Positions 43,431 through 51,267 of a stretch of DNA of 52,148 nt are shown here, one piece after another. Numbering within the stretch: the stretch's first letter is position 1; each line of letters starts with the position of its first letter. The position numbers were made by a program, and so were the translations under genes. The notes under the pieces were generated by a model, which saw only the letters and a list, made by a program, of their open reading frames with translations, ran no database searches and was not told the origin of the DNA. Source of the DNA: Parcubacteria group bacterium GW2011_GWA1_40_21 (GTDB lineage Bacteria > Patescibacteriota > Minisyncoccia > Phycocordibacterales > GWA1-40-21); the NCBI GenBank assembly GCA_000996205.1, contig LBYO01000002.1, forward strand, positions 1 to 52,148. The letters run 5' to 3'.

Positions 43431-43706
43431 TTAACTCTTGAGATACGCGATAGCATCTTTTGCATTATTGAATCCGGGAGAAATATTTTTACCACTCTTA
43501 ATATCCTTTAATTCGCGAACGATGCTTTTGCGCGCGCGAGGATTAAAAACTTCTTTAACCACCAGACCGACATTGAGCTGGTTATCCACAAAAGCTTTAG
43601 TGGCGAGCTTAAGAATTGTGGTAAAAGAAATGCCCTCATTTTGAGCTTTTCTCATAGCTTGATTCTTAAGATTCTTGTCAATTTTAAAAATTACTTGAGT
43701 GTTCAT
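43431..43706 (-). CDS. type II antitoxin, RelB/DinJ (ribbon-helix-helix) family
   Basis: KIDKNLKNQAMRKAQNEGISFTTILKLATKAFV parallels the DinJ N-terminus. It lies 3 nt upstream of the toxin. Confidence 0.7.
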   Translation of the reverse strand: MNTQVIFKIDKNLKNQAMRKAQNEGISFTTILKLATKAFVDNQLNVGLVVKEVFNPRARKSIVRELKDIKSGKNISPGFNNAKDAIAYLKS

Positions 43707-43735
43707 GGTTTTATTATGCTTAGTTTAATGTATAT

Positions 43736-43764
43736 ATATTATATATCTATTATATATATGTCAA
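43736..43764 (-). promoter_or_regulatory. candidate toxin-antitoxin operon promoter TTGACA-17 nt-TAATAT, overlapped by an AT palindrome (possible operator)
   Basis: On the minus strand the hexamers lie at 43759-43764 and 43736-43741. The spacer is TATATATAATAGATATA. Confidence 0.4.
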
Positions 43765-43803
43765 ATACCAACTTGGACATCCGATGTCCAAGTTGGTATT
43801 TGA
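43761..43803. repeat. C-family palindrome (21-nt arms) TCAAATACCAACTTGGACATC-C-GATGTCCAAGTTGGTATTTGA
   Basis: It is a perfect palindrome between the smc 3' end and the toxin-antitoxin promoter. Confidence 0.7.
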
Positions 43804-43840
43804 TTTACTTTATAGACTAATTTCAGTTAAAAAACTGAAA

Positions 43841-46153
43841 TTATTTCGCCACTTTGACCGCTTCTTCAAATTTGATGGAGAGGAGTCTGGAAATGCCGTC
43901 CGAGCCCATTGTGATGCCGTAGATTATTCCGGCACGAGACATTGTTTCTCTGTTGTGGGTAATAAGAATAAGCTGGGAATATTTGGAAAGATTTTCTATC
44001 ATATCGCCGTATTTTTTTGAATTTGCTTCATCAAGCGCCGCGTCCGTTTCGTCCAATATTATAAACGGCGGAGGATTGACTTGAGAGATGGCAAAAAGAA
44101 GCGCGATGGAAGTAAGCGCTCGCTCGCCGCCGGAGAGCATCGTAAGCCCTTTTATCTTTTTTCTCGGAAGACTTACATCAATATCCACCCCTTCTTCTCC
44201 CTCCTCTTCTTCCGATTCAACGGACAGTTCGCCCGCCTCGTCCACTGAACCGCTTAAAAGCGCCGAGACATTGGTATCGGAATTTCTTTTTTTCTTTTTT
44301 TCCCTGATTACCGACAGTCCGGCGTGCCCGCCCGATCCAAACATTGATGAGAAAAATTCTTGGAATTGCGCGTTTATTTTGTGAACCCCTTCCTTAAATT
44401 CATTTGCTATAAATCCTTCAAGCTCTTTAATGATGTCTTTGAGAGAAATTGCCGACCGGTCAAGATCTTCCAATTCGCGGGCAAGAAAAGCGTCTCTCTC
44501 GTTCGCTTCTCTGTATTCTTTGATGACATCATCTCCGGAGCCGATTCCCGCGTCTTCAAGTCTGATTTTTATTTTTTCAATCGTCCTTCTTCTTTCGTCT
44601 TGAACCGACCTGTCTTCCTTCAAAATATCTTCAATGGAAACTTCCGCGCCGTTTTCGTCCAGAATTTTGCCGGAATCATAATGTAAAGCCCCTATTCCCG
44701 CCAAAATACCGGCCTCTTTAAGTTCCATCTTGAAATTCTCTTCAGATTGCTTGAGTTTGTCTTCGCGATATTCCACATCTCTCAACTTGCCACTGACTTC
44801 ATTCTGCTCCGCCATAATTTTAAACATCGCTTTTTCGGCATCTCGGCTGGAATCTTTTTCTCTTTCAATTTCTTCTCTAATTTCCGAATATTCCTTGATT
44901 ATTTTTTTCTCCTCTTCTTCGGCTCGTTTCAATAATTCATCTATTTTAACCCTCTCCTCTTTCAAAATACGCAATTCTTTTTCCGTTTCCATGCTATCGC
45001 TCGAATTATCGGCGCTCTTATGCTTGGAAATAAAGCCAGAAAGCACATCTTTTATTGACCTTAAAATATTTTTGACTTGTAAAATATCATCCTTCCCCAA
45101 AGCCGTTTCAATTTCGCCGTGAACACCAGAGGCAACCCCCTCAATCTCGCGAAGCTCAATCTTTTTATCTGAAGCGTGTCTCAATGCCTCACTTTGCCTC
45201 TTCAGAATTTTTTCCAGCGAATTTATCTCGCCTTCAATCCTTCCTATGTCTCTTGTGAGAGAATCTTTTTGAAAACGCGCCCCCTTCAGCCTTCCCTCAA
45301 TGCTTATGAGTTCCTCGCTCTTCACATCTTTAGCCGAAGACCCTGCCAAAATCCGCTTCGCTTTGGCAAGCTCGTCTTCCAGCTCACGCCGTCTTTTTTC
45401 CGGAATTTTCTTTTCCTCTTCAAGATGCGTTCTCTCGACTTTTAAATACATTTCTTCCCTTTTGAAATAATTTCTATACAGCTCTTTAAGCCGTTCTTTC
45501 ATCTCGTTGGCTTGCTCGAGCTTTTCAACTTGCTTCTTTAGAAATTTCAAATGCGGAGCGATTTCCCTTCGCAGAGATTTCACCGATTCAATATTCTCTT
45601 CAGTTTTCTCAAGTTTTCGCTGGCTCTCCTGCTTTTTGTATTGATAAATTTTGAGGCCGAGCGCGTCTTCAACCATCTCTCGGCGATCTTTGATATTCGC
45701 ATTCAAAATCTTGTCGGCTTCCCCCTGCGAAATGATGTGATGTCCGGACGAGCCGATGCGCGCGGAGGCAAGAAGCTCAATGATGTCTTTGAGACGGACT
45801 TGACTGCCGTTTATGAAATATTCGCTGGAAGAATCTCTGTGCACGACTCTCTCAATGGACACCTCGTCAAAATCAATGTTCATCCATCTTCTCGTATTGT
45901 CAAAAATAACTTTCGCCGATGCCCTATTGGAGCGCGCGATATCTCTGGAACCGTTCCAGATGAGGTCTTCGGCGCGCTTGCCGCGAAGCGATTTTATTGA
46001 TTGCTCACCCAAGACAAACCTAAACGCCTCGGCAATGTTGGATTTGCCAGAGCCGTTCGGACCAACTATCCCGGAAATCGGTGCAGAAAAATCCAGCGTC
46101 GTTTTTTTCGCAAACGACTTAAAACCGGAAAGTTCCAGAGTTTTTAAATACAT
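43841..46153 (-). CDS. smc: SMC-family chromosome partition ATPase, short form (770 aa) without a recognisable hinge
   Basis: The N-terminal head reads LSGFKSFAKKTTLDF...GPNGSGKSNIAEAFRFVLGEQS. The C-terminal head reads LSGGERALTSIALLFAISQVNPPPFIILDETDAALD. The middle is coiled coil. Confidence 0.85.
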   Translation of the reverse strand: MYLKTLELSGFKSFAKKTTLDFSAPISGIVGPNGSGKSNIAEAFRFVLGEQSIKSLRGKRAEDLIWNGSRDIARSNRASAKVIFDNTRRWMNIDFDEVSIERVVHRDSSSEYFINGSQVRLKDIIELLASARIGSSGHHIISQGEADKILNANIKDRREMVEDALGLKIYQYKKQESQRKLEKTEENIESVKSLRREIAPHLKFLKKQVEKLEQANEMKERLKELYRNYFKREEMYLKVERTHLEEEKKIPEKRRRELEDELAKAKRILAGSSAKDVKSEELISIEGRLKGARFQKDSLTRDIGRIEGEINSLEKILKRQSEALRHASDKKIELREIEGVASGVHGEIETALGKDDILQVKNILRSIKDVLSGFISKHKSADNSSDSMETEKELRILKEERVKIDELLKRAEEEEKKIIKEYSEIREEIEREKDSSRDAEKAMFKIMAEQNEVSGKLRDVEYREDKLKQSEENFKMELKEAGILAGIGALHYDSGKILDENGAEVSIEDILKEDRSVQDERRRTIEKIKIRLEDAGIGSGDDVIKEYREANERDAFLARELEDLDRSAISLKDIIKELEGFIANEFKEGVHKINAQFQEFFSSMFGSGGHAGLSVIREKKKKRNSDTNVSALLSGSVDEAGELSVESEEEEGEEGVDIDVSLPRKKIKGLTMLSGGERALTSIALLFAISQVNPPPFIILDETDAALDEANSKKYGDMIENLSKYSQLILITHNRETMSRAGIIYGITMGSDGISRLLSIKFEEAVKVAK

Positions 46154-46443
46154 ATAGAACCCATCTCAAAAATAAACGCTTATAATAGATACATAATACT
46201 TGATATCGATTGAATATCCAAACAAAAGTGGGTGCGGGGGTTTTCCACATCCACCTATTGCAAATAAAAAAATATTTGCTATATTATTGACAGTTGTTCT
46301 TTGAGGTGTTTTAAAAACATTAAAAATTAACAAGACTTGATTCTATAAAAATTTTGAAGAAAGGAGAAGGTGTGTAGTTTTTTTGTCTTGTTTTTTATAT
46401 TTTACTTTTTCAATTTTCCAAAAAAGTATGAGAAGGAGAGTGT

Positions 46444-46803
46444 ATGATACCGCGTGGCAGTCATAATGATTATTGTATTGGAGTTTGTCCTGAACTCAAA
46501 GAATTTTTGATACGGAACAGAGGCGTCTACGAAAACCCATTGAGATTAGAAGAAGATTTGAAATCACTTGAGCAAAAAGGAGTAATTAGGGTTATTGATT
46601 GCAAAAAGAATCAGTACGCCCTAACTCTCATCTTAAAGAAAGATGGACGGACAATAAAAGAAGTGGAAATCGAAGGTGTGGATCATTTGCACTGCTTGTT
46701 TTTCGTTTCTCAAATGGAAGGGATGACAGAAAACGGGTGCAGGCAACCTTGTTGCGAATTGGCGTGTTGTGTTGTAAAAAAACTCACGGCAAAATTGTCT
46801 TGA
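46444..46803 (+). CDS. hypothetical protein with a Cys-rich C-terminus
   Basis: There is an SD (AAGGAGAG) 5 nt before the ATG. The C-terminal tail reads GCRQPCCELACCVV. Confidence 0.5.
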   Translation: MIPRGSHNDYCIGVCPELKEFLIRNRGVYENPLRLEEDLKSLEQKGVIRVIDCKKNQYALTLILKKDGRTIKEVEIEGVDHLHCLFFVSQMEGMTENGCRQPCCELACCVVKKLTAKLS

Positions 46804-46819
46804 CTTCAAAGGAGGAGCA

Positions 46820-47050
46820 ATGAGGAAAAGGAAAAATAATAATTCAACGATTAAGGATATTGTTACTTACTGTCCGCAATGCGATGATGTTCCAGAAGTC
46901 AATGGGGACTCAATTGCTGTCGCTGAGGAATGTCTCAAACATAAACTTAAGTTTAAAAAGTCTGACAATGGAGTTATGGTGTCAGGTGTTCCTGTGGAAA
47001 TGTTTAATGAAATGATGAAACCCGTGAGTTTAAGCTCGCAGGAAATATAG
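46820..47050 (+). CDS. hypothetical small protein with a CxxC motif
   Basis: There is an SD (AAGGAGGAG) before the ATG, and the motif YCPQCDD. It shares a terminator with the preceding ORF. Confidence 0.5.
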   Translation: MRKRKNNNSTIKDIVTYCPQCDDVPEVNGDSIAVAEECLKHKLKFKKSDNGVMVSGVPVEMFNEMMKPVSLSSQEI

Positions 47051-47086
47051 ATGTTTTAAAAAATATCTCGGAAATTTTTGGATCAG

Positions 47087-47116
47087 GCCTTTGTTCGGAG
47101 GACAAAGGCTTTTTCT
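47087..47116 (+). terminator. intrinsic terminator of the 46444-47050 gene pair
   Basis: GCCTTTGT-tcggag-GACAAAGGC is followed by TTTTTCTATTT. Confidence 0.6.
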
Positions 47117-47120
47117 ATTT

Positions 47121-47230
47121 ACCCCAAATTACAAAATGTAAAAATTATAGGTCTATTGAGCAAAAACATTTAAAAACAAATAGCTTTTGCGACCCGAGGA
47201 CCTAATTTTTTACATTTTGTAATTTTGGGT
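47121..47230. repeat. E-family long hairpin element, copy 2 (its 3' arm overlaps the last ~9 codons of trmD)
   Basis: ACCCCAAATTACAAAATGTAAAAATTATAGGTC pairs with GACCTAATTTTTTACATTTTGTAATTTTGGGT. The centre is ~90% identical to copy 1. Confidence 0.8.
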
Positions 47231-47867
47231 ATTTATGATTCTTTTTCCACTCTTCAATTTTTTTATGGTCGCCGGAAAGAAGAACTTTCGGAACTCTGTA
47301 TTTCTTGCCTTTGTGTTCAATAACTTCAGGCCGAGTGTAGACATCAGGACTTGAGACCCGCGAATCTTCAAGGGAATTAAAATCTCCAAGCACTCCCTCA
47401 ACCTGTCTAGAAACACAGTCAATAATCGCCATCGCCGGCAATTCCCCTCCGGTCAAAACATAATTTCCCATTGAAACATCTTCCATTTTGAAAGCTTTCT
47501 TAACTCTCGCGTCAACACCTTCGTATCTTCCGCAAATTATTATAATATCGGAATAATTTTTTGTCGCTTTTTTGGCGTAATTATTGTCAAACTGCGCGCC
47601 CGAAGGCGACAAAAAAATAATTTTCACTTTCTTCTTCCCGCCTTTCGCTTTTTCAATGGCTTTTATGACAGGCATCGCTTCAATGACCATTCCCGGCCCT
47701 CCGCCATACGGCTTCCTGTCTATTCTTCTATTCCTGTCTTTGGTAAAATCGCGTGGATTGTAAAATTTAATTTTAATCTTTTTATCTTCAATCGCCCGCC
47801 CCAATATTGACCTCTTTATGTAAGAGTCAAACATTTCCGGAAATAATGTGATTATATGAAAAGTCAT
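47202..47867 (-). CDS. trmD: tRNA (guanine37-N1)-methyltransferase
   Basis: It begins MTFHIITLFPEMFDSY and carries GRYEGVDARV and GGELPAMAIIDCVSR. Confidence 0.92.
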   Translation of the reverse strand: MTFHIITLFPEMFDSYIKRSILGRAIEDKKIKIKFYNPRDFTKDRNRRIDRKPYGGGPGMVIEAMPVIKAIEKAKGGKKKVKIIFLSPSGAQFDNNYAKKATKNYSDIIIICGRYEGVDARVKKAFKMEDVSMGNYVLTGGELPAMAIIDCVSRQVEGVLGDFNSLEDSRVSSPDVYTRPEVIEHKGKKYRVPKVLLSGDHKKIEEWKKNHKYPKLQNVKN

Positions 47868-47943
47868 AATATTTTATATTAAACGAAAAATCTGCAATGC
47901 ACAATCGCATTACAGATTTTTCGTTTTCTTTGAAGAATTGAAA

Positions 47944-48255
47944 CTAAATCTTCAAATCTTCCATAGCCTCATCAACGCTTTTTGACGCTCGGCTTTCTCT
48001 CGGAGCGGCTCCTTCCGGCTCGTTAATTTTCAAATTAACTCTGGAGTTATTCTTCATTCCAACAACGCGGAGAAGCGTCCTGATCGCTTTGGCGGTATTT
48101 CCCATTCTTCCGATAATCTTGCCCATATCGTCCGGATGAACTTCAAGAGTCATCAAAACTCCCATTTCATCCACCGTTCTGACTATCTTTACTTTATCAG
48201 GATTATCTACTAATGCCTTAACAACTGAATCAAGAAATTTTGTATCGTTTTCCAT
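47944..48255 (-). CDS. KH-domain RNA-binding protein (YlqC/UPF0109-like)
   Basis: It carries VKALVDNPDKVKI...DDMGKIIGRMGNTAKAIRTLL, which includes the GxxG KH motif. Confidence 0.85.
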   Translation of the reverse strand: MENDTKFLDSVVKALVDNPDKVKIVRTVDEMGVLMTLEVHPDDMGKIIGRMGNTAKAIRTLLRVVGMKNNSRVNLKINEPEGAAPRESRASKSVDEAMEDLKI

Positions 48256-48408
48256 TGTGTGTATTTTCTTTTTAAAAATCTATCGCAGTATTTCGACCAA
48301 CTTTGGAGCTTCTTAATAAGCGCCTTTATCATTAACCTTACTGCTAAAATTATTCTAATACGGCAGGCAATTCAAGTCAATGAATGAACTAAGTTTGTAA
48401 AGTTAGAA

Positions 48409-48505
48409 AGTTATCAAGTTCATTCCGCCTGAGGCGGATCCTCCTCGGGAGGAAAAGTAAAGACGAGAAAAGCTTTGAACTTTCCACTTGATGAACTTGA
48501 TAACT
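48409..48505. other. compound hairpin element: a 15-bp outer stem enclosing two GC-rich mini-hairpins
   Basis: AGTTATCAAGTTCAT (48409-48423) pairs with ATGAACTTGATAACT (48491-48505). Inside are CCGCC-tga-GGCGG and CCTCC-tcg-GGAGG. Confidence 0.55.
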
Positions 48506-49113
48506 CATTTGACCTGTCCTTCCAATTCGGCTATTTCTTGTTCGGCGCGGCGCTCTTCTTCTTTCAGACCGGATAACTGCCGTTCAAGTCTCTTCTTTTC
48601 GGATTCTTTTATGTCCTCATCTTTTTCTTTTGGATTTGAACCTTTCTTGGCATTTTCTTTTTTCTCTTTTTCTTCCACATCCTCCTTAATATAATTGAAG
48701 TCTTTTTCCAGCTCAGATATTTCACTCTCAATTTTTGCGTCTTCTTTTTTCTTTTCGTTAATTTTGACCGTCAATCCCGCCAGTTTGTGTTTCCCGATAT
48801 TTATCTGAAGGTGGTCATTTTCAGAAACATATTTCGCGCTTTCAATATCGATCTTCAGATTTCTTACATCCCGATCAATTATTCCGATTCCCCTCTCAAG
48901 ATTTTCTATCTCCTGTTTTTTTAAAAACACAATCCTTTTTTTAACACTGAGCTTGGATTGGATAACGGCGCGCTCTTTCACCGCGTCCGCCTCTCTCTTT
49001 TCTTTTTCCTTCTTGGCATTCTCTTCCAGCTCTTTTTTCCTTCGCTCTTCCTCTCTCCTCTTGGAATCAAGGGGGTCGTATTTATCATCCGGCCTGTTTT
49101 TTATATAAGACAT
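48505..49113 (-). CDS. hypothetical highly charged coiled-coil protein
   Basis: It has a K/E-rich heptad-like sequence and no recognisable motif. The start was trimmed from the TTG at 49128 to the ATG at 49113. Confidence 0.5.
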   Translation of the reverse strand: MSYIKNRPDDKYDPLDSKRREEERRKKELEENAKKEKEKREADAVKERAVIQSKLSVKKRIVFLKKQEIENLERGIGIIDRDVRNLKIDIESAKYVSENDHLQINIGKHKLAGLTVKINEKKKEDAKIESEISELEKDFNYIKEDVEEKEKKENAKKGSNPKEKDEDIKESEKKRLERQLSGLKEEERRAEQEIAELEGQVK

Positions 49114-49222
49114 AACTTTTAGCTTCAATATTTTAATTTAAAAAATTATACATTATCTGACAAGAATTTTAAAGCAGAATTGAACAAGTTCTCCATATTC
49201 ACTCTGCATTTTCACATCGCGC

Positions 49223-49672
49223 TCAGTTGCCGGTAAGATTTTCAGAAAATTTTTTCAGAAGCCATGAGCTAGATTGAACTTTTCCGCCGTCACCGATATC
49301 GGAAACTATCTTGCAGCCTATTTCTTCGCAGACAGCCACTTCCGGTATATTTCCGATATGGCGATCTCCCCCTTTGGCAAATATATCCGGCCTTACTTTT
49401 CTTAGAGCGTCGCAAATACTGATGTCTGAGGTATTTTCAGTGTGCTCCGTAACAAAAACCTCGTCCACGCCTTTAATAGCCTCCAGTATTTCCTTGCGTT
49501 CATTCTCCGACATAAACGCATAGCCTTTTTTATGTTTAAGCCAATTGTCATTGTTCATAATAACCACAAGCTTATCCCCCAACTTTTTGGCTTCTCGGAT
49601 CATTCTCACATGGCCGATGTGGATAGGATCAAACCCGCCGCTCACTGCGACTACAATATTTTTTGTTTTCAT
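49223..49672 (-). CDS. cytidylyltransferase/adenylyltransferase family protein (HIGH-motif nucleotidyltransferase)
   Basis: It carries VAVSGGFDPIHIGHVRMI. Its 149-aa size resembles TagD or RfaE domain II. Confidence 0.75.
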   Translation of the reverse strand: MKTKNIVVAVSGGFDPIHIGHVRMIREAKKLGDKLVVIMNNDNWLKHKKGYAFMSENERKEILEAIKGVDEVFVTEHTENTSDISICDALRKVRPDIFAKGGDRHIGNIPEVAVCEEIGCKIVSDIGDGGKVQSSSWLLKKFSENLTGN

Positions 49673-49795
49673 ATATTAAAAATGTATAGACTTAATGATC
49701 TAGACTATATATAAGACCTTATCAAAAGACAGGCCAAAAAGTCAAAATTCTATTTAATTGGACACGCTTGATAGACAGAATTGCCCAGTGTTTTT

Positions 49796-50452
49796 TCAAT
49801 TAAAAGCAACCCATTCCCCCTCGCTTACAACTTCAATTTTTCCATCAACAACTTTCAGAGCTGAATTGTCATCAATAGCGTAAATTTTTTCAGACATTCC
49901 CTTCGTGGCTTCCTCTATAAAATCTTTTCTGACTTTATTGAAATATTGAGAATTAAGATGCGGGAGAATATAGAAATCTACAAAATTAAGACCTTCCATA
50001 TTTTCAGTCTTATCTAAATCCTCTAAATAGATGCTTTGAGATATTTTAAGAGCCAAGTCTTTGCTAACCACACAGCTTCCAGCGCTTACTCCCACATAGA
50101 CTTTGGTCTTTAGCAATTCCGGCAAAATTTTTGCAAGCCCCGATTTATTAATCCATTCCATAAGGTGGAATGTATTTCCACCTTCAAAATATAGAATGTC
50201 GGCTTTTTCGAATTTAAGCTTCCATAGCTTTTCATCAATGGCCGAAATATCGGCAATTTCAATTGACTTAAAACCCTGCTTTTTCAGATTTATCAAATCA
50301 TCAATTAGCCAACTTTTATCGCCTTTTTCAACATTTGACGCAGTGGGAATAAAAACCAAAGAAGTCTCTGAAAGTTTTTTACCAACCATACCAGATAAAG
50401 CATTCACTATTGATTTATTTTTTATTCCGGCTGATGTGAGAAGCAGTTTCAT
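49796..50452 (-). CDS. peptidase S51 (dipeptidase E-like) / type 1 glutamine amidotransferase-like protein
   Basis: It begins MKLLLTSAGI, and carries FEGGNTFHL and VGVSAGS, the nucleophile elbow. Confidence 0.75.
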   Translation of the reverse strand: MKLLLTSAGIKNKSIVNALSGMVGKKLSETSLVFIPTASNVEKGDKSWLIDDLINLKKQGFKSIEIADISAIDEKLWKLKFEKADILYFEGGNTFHLMEWINKSGLAKILPELLKTKVYVGVSAGSCVVSKDLALKISQSIYLEDLDKTENMEGLNFVDFYILPHLNSQYFNKVRKDFIEEATKGMSEKIYAIDDNSALKVVDGKIEVVSEGEWVAFN

Positions 50453-50459
50453 GTTTTAA

Positions 50460-50786
50460 TTAAATTTCTTCTAGTGGATATACATCTAAAGCGACCTCTT
50501 CGTAAGGGTGTGTTTTCTTGATTGATTTTATCACATCCACCAGATTTTTTTGTTCACATACGACCTCTATCCGCTCCTCCTGAACCGATTCCAATTTGCC
50601 AACTTCTCCAATCGCCAGATGCGCGCCATCTTCGGGTTTGAAACGACCGGTACCTTTTGACGAAAAACTGCAGAATGTGTAATCCCCGATTTTCCCAGCC
50701 CCGGCTTTGCCTATCGCCTCGCGAACCACATCAGCGTGTGATTCGGGGACAAAGACAACAATTTTTACTTTATTGGATTGGCTCAT
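50460..50786 (-). CDS. stand-alone NIF3/YqfO insert-like (PII-fold) domain protein
   Basis: It carries KIVVFVPESHADVVREAIGKAGAGKIGDYTFCSF...HPYEEVALDVYPL. The start was trimmed to the ATG at 50786. The family call is from memory. Confidence 0.5.
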   Translation of the reverse strand: MSQSNKVKIVVFVPESHADVVREAIGKAGAGKIGDYTFCSFSSKGTGRFKPEDGAHLAIGEVGKLESVQEERIEVVCEQKNLVDVIKSIKKTHPYEEVALDVYPLEEI

Positions 50787-50820
50787 AATTAATTTATATT
50801 TACCATAGTATTTCTTAAAT

Positions 50821-51267
50821 CTATTTCCGCGCTTGCATTGATTTGAATATTTCAACAAATTTTTTATTCCTTGGCGATGCTTTTAATTGTTGAAATTCAT
50901 CCGGAGTCACCCACATAAAATCATCGTGTTCGTGACTTAATATCACTTCAGTTGTCGTCGGTTGAGCTGTATAGCATATTGTCACTAAATAACGGACTGC
51001 CGTCAAAGACTCTTCTTCTTTATCTTTAAGTCTGGAGATAACATCCATAACCGATAATTCTTCAACATCTAAACCTGTTTCTTCTCTGATTTCTCTAGTG
51101 ATTCCATATTTAATATCTTCGCCGTAATCCAAAGCGCCACCGGGCAAGTCCCAACACAAAGACCATGTGGGAGCCGTTTCAGTGCGTCTAATCGTTAATA
51201 TTTTCCCGTCACTGTCATACAAAATGGCCTTCTGCGAAACTTTAATTTGTTTATTTTTATCTTCCAT
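50821..51267 (-). CDS. NUDIX hydrolase
   Basis: It carries the Nudix box GGALDYGEDIKYGITREIREETGL. The start was trimmed to the ATG at 51267, giving an 11-nt overlap with the secA end. Confidence 0.8.
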   Translation of the reverse strand: MEDKNKQIKVSQKAILYDSDGKILTIRRTETAPTWSLCWDLPGGALDYGEDIKYGITREIREETGLDVEELSVMDVISRLKDKEEESLTAVRYLVTICYTAQPTTTEVILSHEHDDFMWVTPDEFQQLKASPRNKKFVEIFKSMQARK

